Both the position numbers and the translations under genes were made by a program. DNA of 64,000 bases from an uncultured Candidatus Saccharibacteria bacterium (GTDB lineage Bacteria; Patescibacteriota; Minisyncoccia; Minisyncoccales; UBA10102), in the NCBI GenBank assembly GCA_964479725.1, contig CAYZNF010000006.1:5518-69517 (forward strand), read 5' to 3'. The notes beneath the pieces are model-generated. The model was given only the letters and a program-made list of their open reading frames with translations, searched no databases and had not been told where the DNA came from. The stretch's first letter is position 1, and every line of letters starts with the position of its first letter. Shown here piece by piece: positions 27,754-33,765 of this stretch.

Positions 27754-27942
27754 TTAGCCAATCATGTTTCGAAACACGAAACCGAGGCCGAATACGCCCA
27801 GAAAGATGAAAGCCCACCCTATACGAATGAGTAGTCCGCCAACCTCTTGGCGCTCAGATCGTAGCCTTTGGCATTCCGCAATGAGTTCCTCGCGAGTCAT
27901 CGAGTGCAGGTCCTTTAGTCCTTCATTGTTTTGGATATCCAT
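27754..27942 (-). CDS. Small C-terminally membrane-anchored protein, REELIAECQ paralogue 1
   Basis: MDIQNNEGLKDLHSMTREELIAECQRLRSERQEVGGLLIRIGWAFIFLGVFGLGFVF shares the REELIAECQ motif plus TM architecture with 29480..29647. Confidence 0.45.
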   Translation of the reverse strand: MDIQNNEGLKDLHSMTREELIAECQRLRSERQEVGGLLIRIGWAFIFLGVFGLGFVFRNMIG

Positions 27943-28198
27943 CGTACACCTCGGTGGCATCTGGCATTCAGGGTTCTACTTCCCCCATACCATATGTCCG
28001 AGGTGCGGGCAATATATGTCCTGGGGATACATCAGGGACTGTCCAGTCAGGGGTATTTCTCGAATTGCATTGTTCAGATTGCGGCGATCTGGTGGCGCCA
28101 AGAGGCGGTCGAGTAGCGGCTCAAGTATAGAGCGCCTGCCGTTTGCGGTTCAATACCAAGAGGCCACCTCAAGATGCGAGGTGGCCTCTTGCTTTGCA

Positions 28199-28375
28199 GA
28201 TGGTGCGAAGCTTGTGGATAGAAGTAGGGACGGGGGCGGACCGGTCGCGCAGACGTTCACCTACGACGTCCTCAACCGGCTCACGGAGGTCCAGATCCCC
28301 GATGGCACGGCGGGCGCCGGGGTCTTGACCGGCTACGTCTTTGCTGGTACAGAGAGAGTAGTAACGGATGAATAA
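28199..28375 (+). pseudogene. Rhs/YD-repeat fragment
   Basis: QTFTYDVLNRLTEVQIPDGTAG fits the YD-repeat consensus (xxYDxxNRLTxV). The upstream part of the ORF (27764..) has no protein-like character. Confidence 0.4.
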
Positions 28376-28384
28376 TTGACTCCT

Positions 28385-28771
28385 ATGATACCTAAATCAG
28401 TCGCGCTACGTCTCGTATTGTCCGTGTTGGCCCTCGTCGGCGTGTACATTTTAGGATCTGTTGCGTTTCATCATCTACAGGTTCGGAAACTAACAGCACA
28501 TCACGCCACTGAGTTCGCAATATCCATTCAAACTGACATCGAAAAGGGATGCTTGCTCGACCTACCCAGCGTGTTGCGTGTCTTGGAGTACAGCAAGGAT
28601 AAGGCGGTCGTGTTCGGGAGGGCACCAGATGGATCTTCATTCATCATGAGATTCAGTAGACAAAGGCAAGGAGGGTGGTCAATGATAAATAGCGGTGTAT
28701 GCCACTACGAAGTGCTGAAGTCTAATTCTGGCGGTTCCGCAGATAGCCTTATCTTTCCCTGGTTCTACTGA
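28385..28771 (+). CDS. Hypothetical N-terminally anchored protein, positioned like an immunity gene after the Rhs fragment
   Basis: ATG at 28385, TM segment VALRLVLSVLALVGVYILGSV. It starts within 10 nt of the Rhs-fragment stop. Confidence 0.4.
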   Translation: MIPKSVALRLVLSVLALVGVYILGSVAFHHLQVRKLTAHHATEFAISIQTDIEKGCLLDLPSVLRVLEYSKDKAVVFGRAPDGSSFIMRFSRQRQGGWSMINSGVCHYEVLKSNSGGSADSLIFPWFY

Positions 28772-28833
28772 GAATGTCCCGGCGACGTGGGCAAGCATCT
28801 TCGCACTTCACTCTGGATCACTGCGCTCTATAG

Positions 28834-29028
28834 TCGCTCATCCTTGATCAGACGGGTCAGTTGCGAGCGGATGGGGATGAACAAGCACGGGCCATCGAGG
28901 AGACTCTGATCGTAAACAACCCAGGTTTCAAAAACAAAAGGCATAGCATTAGCCCAAAGAAGGCGATCTACGAAGAGGCTGTTCAGTGGGGAAGACAGTA
29001 TCTCAAGAAGCACGGCTACCTGCGGTAA
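28834..29028 (+). pseudogene. C-terminal fragment of a GIY-YIG/URI-type nuclease toxin domain
   Basis: A start-less frame after the TAG at 28831 reads ...EQARAIEETLIVNNPGFKNKRHSISPKKAIYEEAVQWGRQYLKKHGYLR. The E..LI....P...N pattern matches the distal half of GIY-YIG/UvrC-N-type nucleases. Confidence 0.35.
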
Positions 29029-29052
29029 GACCAGCCAAGGAACTTATCTCTT

Positions 29053-29277
29053 ATGAATCTGCGCATCCTCAAGAAGTCAAGGAAAGTCCCGCGTATGGGC
29101 GACATCTTTGCACTCCAAGCAAGGGACAACCAGTATCTATTTGGCCGGGTGATCCGAACTGATGCCCGGTACGGCTCTCTTGATGAGTTGATTCTCATAT
29201 ACATATACCGCACATTCTCACCTGAGAAACACCATCATAGGTTGCGGGAGTTGGAAACTAGGGGTGTTGAGGGCTGA
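29053..29277 (+). pseudogene. Truncated immunity-protein-like ORF (Imm26-like N-terminus)
   Basis: KKSRKVPRMGDIFALQARDNQYLFGRVIRTD resembles the N-terminal GD(v/i)Fa.pl.dg.y.fGrV pattern of immunity proteins. At 74 aa it is probably truncated. It lies 25 nt after the toxin fragment. Confidence 0.35.
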
Positions 29278-29479
29278 TCCCTCCACTTGTGAAGAGGGAC
29301 CGGGATCTTCGGGGGTCATTCCGCAGCGCTGCGGCGTCGGAGCAGGGTGCTTGACAGCGATTGCGGAATACCCCAGAAAGAGGGTAGAACAAACGGTGGG
29401 TCACAAGCCCGGGCTGCGGCGCGGGCTCTGGCCCTAGTCTGCGCCCCGGCTGGTGACCTTCCGATGAGGGAGGTCATAC

Positions 29480-29647
29480 ATGGAATCTCAGAGAAGGCGA
29501 CCCCTGGAGGAGCTCAGCCGAGAGGAATTGATCGCGGAATGCCAGGCCTCGCGCAAACGCACAGCCAAGGCTTGGGTGTACAGCTTGTCTGCGGGAGCAT
29601 GGATTGCAGGCATGACCGGTATCATTCTCACCCTCGTCCTCTGTTAG
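29480..29647 (+). CDS. Small C-terminally membrane-anchored protein, REELIAECQ paralogue 2 (55 aa, below the ORF-track cutoff)
   Basis: Manual translation gives MESQRRRPLEELSREELIAECQASRKRTAKAWVYSLSAGAWIAGMTGIILTLVLC*. Confidence 0.45.
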   Translation: MESQRRRPLEELSREELIAECQASRKRTAKAWVYSLSAGAWIAGMTGIILTLVLC

Positions 29648-29745
29648 ACACCCAAGTATTGCTGGCAAGGAAGGATCTCCAGAGGTAAACTACCACCCTT
29701 AGTTCTACTGAGGGTGGTTTTTCCTAATGAGCAGTTCCTTGGATT

Positions 29746-30124
29746 TTGAGAGGGGCGTCGCAAGCGTTCGTAGCGAGAGTTCTATTCGTGGTCGGCAGTG
29801 CGAGGAGGCTCATAGGTGTTGCAAAGGAGGAGTTCCAGGAGCGCAAGGCCGAACTCGAGCACGAGATCGCGGCGGCGCGCATCTCCCTGAACGAGTGCCG
29901 GATCGACGAGCTCGACGTGGCGGGGCTGCTGGCGTACGCCGCGGCGTTCATGCGGGACCTCCCCCGGCAGTGGTTTGACCTACCCCCCGAGCGGCGGACG
30001 AGGTTCCAACGCCTCGTGTTTCCCGAGGGAATCCCGTACGACCGGGAGGGCGGATTTGGAACCTGCCGTTTGGGGCTTCTGTACGAGCTGAACCGCCGGT
30101 TTGCGGCCGGCGGATCACGCGGGG
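29746..30124 (+). pseudogene. C-terminal remnant of a large serine recombinase-type integrase, ending at tRNA-Arg
   Basis: Coiled-coil-like EEFQERKAELEHEIAAARISLNE, then DLPPERRTRFQRLVFPEGIPYDREGGFGTCRLGLLYELN, reminiscent of recombinase C-terminal tails. There is no catalytic N-terminal domain, and the ORF runs into the tRNA. Confidence 0.4.
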
Positions 30125-30197
30125 TGTGCCCGAGAGGATTTGAACCTCTGGCCTCTTCCTTCGCAGGGAAGCGCTCTATCCACTGAGCTACGGGCAC
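30125..30197 (-). tRNA. tRNA-Arg (anticodon GCG)
   Basis: Reverse complement GTGCCCGTAGCTCAGTGGATAGAGCGCTTCCCTGCGAAGGAAGAGGCCAGAGGTTCAAATCCTCTCGGGCACA; anticodon arm CTTCC-CTGCGAA-GGAAG. Confidence 0.85.
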
Positions 30198-30310
30198 AAT
30201 TAGCCAAAGCAAAAGCTTGGCGTACGCATTGTAGCTTATTTCCTCTAAAAAATAAAGGTTGATTTTTAGGAGATTTAGGGTACAATGAGGCTGGTTTGAC
30301 ATTAGCCCCT

Positions 30311-30397
30311 GGAGAGGTGGCTGAGCGGCTGAAAGCAGCACACTGCTAATGTGTTAAGGGAGCAATCCCTTCGAGGGTTCGAATCCCTCCCTCTCCG
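30311..30397 (+). tRNA. tRNA-Ser (anticodon GCU)
   Basis: Acceptor GGAGAGG/CCTCTCC, anticodon loop CTGCTAA, long variable arm AAGGGAGCAATCCCTT, T-arm GAGGG-TTCGAAT-CCCTC. Confidence 0.85.
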
Positions 30398-30463
30398 CCT
30401 TCGGTCGATGAAGCGACCTTCGGCGGACACAGTCCGCCAGAAGGTTGCGAAGGCGACCTTCGC
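30397..30463 (+). repeat. GC-rich triple-hairpin element, copy 1 (directly after tRNA-Ser GCU)
   Basis: gccttcggtcgatgaagcgaccttcggcggacacagtccgccagaaggttgcgaaggcgaccttcgc. Three stems are visible (cgaag/cttcg, ggcggac/gtccgcc, cgaag/cttcg). It matches 31259..31325 at 61 of 67 positions by direct count. Confidence 0.85.
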
Positions 30464-30509
30464 CCGCAATGTGCTATAAATAACTAAATAACAACTTAAT
30501 TTTTATTCG

Positions 30510-30902
30510 ATGAGCGAAGAAGCTGGGCAACGACCAAGAACGCTTACCAAAACCTATCATATTATTTTCGACGCGATCGGAGTAGATCAATCTTTACTGC
30601 AAAGTGAAGAATTTATCTTTAGTCTTTTGCTTGAAATCCCAAAAAAGATTGATATGAAGATTCTTTCAGGCCCTCATCTTGTTCGAGATTATGATACGGG
30701 GCACGAGGGGCTAAGCGGATTTGCCATTATTGATTTTTCTCATGTCTCAATCCATACCTTTGCTGATAGCCAAGAAGCATACATAGATATTTTTTCCTGC
30801 AGGCCTTTCGACGAAAAAGCCATTCGGAATTATCTTTTCGAGAAGCTAGGCGTTGCGCCAGAACAAGTGCAAACTCATGAAGTAAATTATAGGTGGGGAT
30901 AG
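30510..30902 (+). CDS. S-adenosylmethionine decarboxylase-family (pyruvoyl, SpeH/SpeD class 1-like) proenzyme
   Basis: FAIIDFSHVSIHTFADSQEAYIDIFSCRPFD corresponds to the (E)SH(I/L)SIHTWPE...D(I/V)F(T/S)C core of small bacterial/archaeal AdoMetDC. The residue before the processing Ser is Phe rather than Glu. Confidence 0.65.
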   Translation: MSEEAGQRPRTLTKTYHIIFDAIGVDQSLLQSEEFIFSLLLEIPKKIDMKILSGPHLVRDYDTGHEGLSGFAIIDFSHVSIHTFADSQEAYIDIFSCRPFDEKAIRNYLFEKLGVAPEQVQTHEVNYRWG

Positions 30903-30936
30903 GAAGAGGGGAGCGAAAAAAACAGGTTAGTAAAAC

Positions 30937-30972
30937 GGAGGGGTGTCCGAGCGGTTTAAGGAGACAGTCTTG
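30937..30972 (+). pseudogene. 5' half of a tRNA-Ser-like gene (with duplicated leader), no contiguous 3' half
   Basis: GGAGGGGTGTCCGAGCGGTTTAAGGAGACAGTCTTG parallels the first 36 nt of the intact tRNA-Ser at 31060. About 27 nt of the upstream leader are also similar (30910.. vs 31033..). Similarity ends inside the anticodon loop. Confidence 0.6.
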
Positions 30973-31059
30973 CTCCCTGTTTGTCCAAGAGCAGAGCGAT
31001 TGGCAACAAACAGCAGTCCGCCGCAATGGAGTGGAGGCGGAAAAACTGGTTAGTAAGGC

Positions 31060-31146
31060 GGAGAGGTGGCCGAGTGGTTGAAGGCGACAGTCTTGAAAAC
31101 TGTTATATCCGAAAGGATATCGTGGGTTCGAATCCCACCCTCTCCG
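31060..31146 (+). tRNA. tRNA-Ser (anticodon UGA)
   Basis: Acceptor GGAGAGG/CCTCTCC, anticodon arm ACAGT-CTTGAAA-ACTGT, long variable arm TATATCCGAAAGGATAT, T-arm GTGGG-TTCGAAT-CCCAC. Confidence 0.85.
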
Positions 31147-31230
31147 CCTTGCTAGTGAGTTCTCCGCCTTCTCCCTCGACTTCGCTCTGGATTCGGCGGA
31201 TTGCTCTCGGTTACAAAATCAAAGATTTTG

Positions 31231-31258
31231 ACCGAGAGGGAAGAATCCCACCCCCTCT
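31231..31258 (+). pseudogene. Degenerate tRNA 3'-end fragment (T-arm/acceptor-like)
   Basis: gagagggaagaatcccaccccctctg resembles ..GGGTTCGAATCCC(A/T)CCCTCTCCG. Its CCCCTCT could pair with the GGAGGGG of the 5' fragment at 30937 (G-U at 1:72). Confidence 0.45.
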
Positions 31259-31325
31259 GCCTTCGGTCGCCGAAGCGACCTTCGGCGGACGAAGTCCGCT
31301 AGAGGGTTGCGAAGGCGACCTTCGC
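31259..31325 (+). repeat. GC-rich triple-hairpin element, copy 2
   Basis: gccttcggtcgccgaagcgaccttcggcggacgaagtccgctagagggttgcgaaggcgaccttcgc; see copy 1. Confidence 0.85.
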
Positions 31326-31329
31326 ATAT

Positions 31330-31569
31330 ATGAGTTACACTGTTTACATTCTAAAATGTGCAGACGGAAAACCGTATACTGGCTGCACAGATAATCTGGA
31401 AGAAAGATTATATAGACACAACAGTGGTCATGTTCCGGCAACTGAAAATCGCCGACCCGTTAAACTTATCACGCATGTAGTTTTTATTGATAAATACAAA
31501 GCTTTTGAATTTGAGAAATACTTAAAGTCTGGTTCCGGTCGAGCCTTCTTGAATAAGCATTTAATCTAA
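31330..31569 (+). CDS. Small GIY-YIG nuclease-superfamily protein (UPF0213-like, 79 aa)
   Basis: YTVYILKCADGKPYTGCTDNLEERLYRHNSG...FEKYLKSGSGRAFL, i.e. GIY/YIG-type N-terminus, conserved R..H and E motifs. Confidence 0.75.
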   Translation: MSYTVYILKCADGKPYTGCTDNLEERLYRHNSGHVPATENRRPVKLITHVVFIDKYKAFEFEKYLKSGSGRAFLNKHLI

Positions 31570-31573
31570 AATT

Positions 31574-32125
31574 ATGTTTGACCTTTTTAAGAAAAAACAG
31601 CCAACACGATCTGAAGATGAATTGCGCCTAAAAGCCGCCGGAGTTAATTTTGCTATCTTTACAATTTCAAACGAAATCAATAAGTCCTTGCAAAAGGAAG
31701 TCAAGGAATTAAATAAATTAAAACAAGAAGAAATAAATCATATATTTTTTGTGGTGTCTTATGTAGCATTATTTCAAGCTCAAAAATTTTTCTGGGAGAA
31801 TTTTATTCGTGATGAGGAAAACGCAAGAATCTTTGAATCTCATTTATTTCGTATGTTTGAAAAAACATCGGGCGTTGATCCAAAATCACACATACAAGAT
31901 TTAGTTGAGTATGTCCAAAAGGGGGAGCCCTCGAGAGAAGTTCAATATATTGGCAGTAAAATATGCAAAATACTGGGAAAGGAAGATGCATTTTTGATGC
32001 TGGAAATCTCAAAAGTATTTGCCTCATTTCTGAAACATGGTTTTTTCGAATCAATGAAGCGAGCTTGGGAATTGCCTAACGAAACATTGAAAGAGATGGC
32101 TGATAAATTGGAAAATTCGGATTAG
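31574..32125 (+). CDS. Hypothetical, predicted all-helical protein
   Basis: Clean 183-aa ORF, 4 nt after the GIY-YIG stop. No recognised motif. Confidence 0.45.
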   Translation: MFDLFKKKQPTRSEDELRLKAAGVNFAIFTISNEINKSLQKEVKELNKLKQEEINHIFFVVSYVALFQAQKFFWENFIRDEENARIFESHLFRMFEKTSGVDPKSHIQDLVEYVQKGEPSREVQYIGSKICKILGKEDAFLMLEISKVFASFLKHGFFESMKRAWELPNETLKEMADKLENSD

Positions 32126-32256
32126 AAAGAATTTGCCGTCAAACCGAACGAAACTCGGAGTTCCGCTGAAAGCGGAACGAAAAACTTGAAATCGTCCAAT
32201 CCAAAGGGGTCGTTTCCGCAGACGGGCGGAAGGGGATTTTTTTGGGGGGAATTCCG

Positions 32257-32338
32257 CCCGCCGACCTGCCCGCCGAAGTTAGAACGCAGGCGGGGCCCAG
32301 CCAGTTCCGTTCGGATATTTTCAGACAGACACCGCCAA
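32257..32338 (+). repeat. 82-bp perfect direct repeat, left copy
   Basis: cccgccgacctgcccgccgaagttagaacgcaggcggggcccagccagttccgttcggatattttcagacagacaccgccaa is identical to 33658..33739 by direct comparison. Confidence 0.95.
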
Positions 32339-32422
32339 CCGCCGCTTAATCGAGTTGATGGAAGGGAAAATCAGCCAAGTTTTAAGCGAGGTATAGTTGT
32401 GTATAACTTCTTTACATTGCTA

Positions 32423-32451
32423 TTGACAAGAAATTCTACATCGCTTACAAT
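32423..32451 (+). promoter_or_regulatory. Consensus sigma70-type promoter upstream of the toxin-antitoxin pair
   Basis: TTGACA-17 nt-TACAAT (ttgacaagaaattctacatcgcttacaat), about 78 nt upstream of ATG 32529. Confidence 0.6.
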
Positions 32452-32528
32452 GGAGGTGTGAGTATTATTAATTCAGAAAATATCCTTATGTCTGAAGATA
32501 AACATAACGCAATATTTTCAAAATAACT

Positions 32529-33311
32529 ATGCTTGCTAAATTTATTCAAGAACAACGCAAAAAGCGCAACCTAACGCAAGAATTTTTGGCGTCCGCGCTT
32601 AAAATTTCTCGCCCGACTTATATGCAAATTGAGCAGGGTGAGCGAGATTTAACTATTACCGAAGCCAAGAAATTGGCGGAAGTTTTTGATATTCCATTTG
32701 AAAATTTTTTGGAGGGAAAAGAAGACATGAAAATCGTTGTAAAGATTGAGGGTAAAAAGAAACAAAAACAAGAAGCCGAGGGCGAAATTCGCATCAGTAT
32801 CCCGCAAGAGAAAGCGGAAAAGTTTGAGCAGACGCTTTTGTATATCCTCGCAAAAATCGGCGGCAAGCCGAACATCGGGCAAACCGTGCTCTATAAGTTA
32901 TTGTATTTTATTGATTTTGATTATTACGAAAAATTTGAGGAACAACTGATTGGCGCAAAATACATTAAAAATCATTATGGCCCCACCCCAGTGATGTTTG
33001 CCAAGTTTATTGAACGTCTGGAAAAAAAGGGTAGGGTTGAGAAGATAAAAAGTAAGTTTTACAAGCACGAGCAGACCAAGTACCTCGTCAATCCGAACGA
33101 GGCGCTTAACTTATCTGCGCTTTCGGCGCAGGAGCTTGCTCATATTGATTGGGAAATTGACCGTCTTGGCGATTTAACCGCCACGCAGATTTCCGCGTTA
33201 TCTCATCTTGATACGCCATGGATTATAGCAAAAGACAGAGAGCCGCTGGAATACGAGCATGTATTCTATCGACCAGAAGAAACCTCTGTAAGAGAATATG
33301 AACCGCTTTGA
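32529..33311 (+). CDS. Antitoxin: XRE-family HTH fused to a Panacea (DUF4065/SocA-like) domain
   Basis: HTH: IQEQRKKRNLTQEFLASALKISRPTYMQIEQGERDLTITEAKKLAEVF. Panacea-like: GGKPNIGQTVLYKLLYFIDFDYYEKFEEQLIGAKYIKNHYGPTP. Confidence 0.75.
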   Translation: MLAKFIQEQRKKRNLTQEFLASALKISRPTYMQIEQGERDLTITEAKKLAEVFDIPFENFLEGKEDMKIVVKIEGKKKQKQEAEGEIRISIPQEKAEKFEQTLLYILAKIGGKPNIGQTVLYKLLYFIDFDYYEKFEEQLIGAKYIKNHYGPTPVMFAKFIERLEKKGRVEKIKSKFYKHEQTKYLVNPNEALNLSALSAQELAHIDWEIDRLGDLTATQISALSHLDTPWIIAKDREPLEYEHVFYRPEETSVREYEPL

Positions 33312-33654
33312 TGCTCTCGCAGAATTTGAAAAAGAATTCAAGCGACTTTCTAAAAAATATAAAACACTAGATGATGACTTTGAAAAGTTTAAGAAACTTT
33401 TACTTGTCGCCCCAACTGGCGTTGGGAAAAATTTTGTCATCATCCATTCAACTGAAACTATCAATATAGTGAAAGCGCGTATGGCGTGTCGCGCTCTCCG
33501 TGATCGTTCTTTGCGGATTATTTACGCATACCACGTCGCCGCTTCAAAAGTTGAATTTATTGAGATATACTTCAAAGGCGAAAAAGAGAACGAAGATCGA
33601 GAGCGAATCAAGGAGTATTTGAAAAATCAAAACCCCGCCCGCCACCCAATTTGA
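33298..33654 (+). CDS. Toxin candidate, RelE/ParE-superfamily-like
   Basis: 14-nt overlap with the antitoxin. KARMACRALRDRSLRIIYAYHVAASKVEFIEIYFKGEKENEDRERI fits the RelE/ParE-like ...R(I/V)IY......i.f+.iy.K... pattern. Confidence 0.55.
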   Translation: MNRFDALAEFEKEFKRLSKKYKTLDDDFEKFKKLLLVAPTGVGKNFVIIHSTETINIVKARMACRALRDRSLRIIYAYHVAASKVEFIEIYFKGEKENEDRERIKEYLKNQNPARHPI

Positions 33655-33657
33655 GGT

Positions 33658-33739
33658 CCCGCCGACCTGCCCGCCGAAGTTAGAACGCAGGCGGGGCCCA
33701 GCCAGTTCCGTTCGGATATTTTCAGACAGACACCGCCAA
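33658..33739 (+). repeat. 82-bp perfect direct repeat, right copy
   Basis: Identical to 32257..32338. It starts 4 nt after the toxin stop codon. Confidence 0.95.
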
Positions 33740-33765
33740 GTTTTACATTCTGCAATTTTGACTTA

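Larger units (their letters stand above)
25126..30124. mobile_element. Degraded, GC-richer genomic island (orphan immunity genes, toxin fragments, recombinase remnant) inserted beside tRNA-Arg
   Basis: There is an abrupt by-eye shift to GC-rich codon usage between the terminator at 25104..25125 and the tRNA-Arg 3' end at 30125. Content is listed in the features below. Confidence 0.6.

Noticed and set aside
29724-30341. 205-aa minus-strand ORF, and the 30981..31394 plus-strand ORF
   Set aside because: They read through tRNA genes and GC-rich repeat elements (tRNA-Arg and tRNA-Ser; tRNA-Ser and the triple hairpin). They are artefacts of stop-poor GC-rich or structured DNA.
30937-31258. Possibility of an intron-containing or split functional tRNA-Ser spanning the 5' and 3' fragments
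   Set aside because: The ~260-nt interval contains a complete independent tRNA-Ser with its own leader. The 3' fragment also has a defective T-arm (6-nt loop, A-A mismatch). Pseudogene fragments are the simpler reading, although this is flagged for checking.
32186-32461. 91-aa ORF covering the left 82-bp repeat (and 33627..33854 minus over the right copy)
   Set aside because: The 'protein' is a translation of the repeat (PPTCPPKLERRRGPASSV). An identical repeat occurs outside any consistent frame at the second copy.
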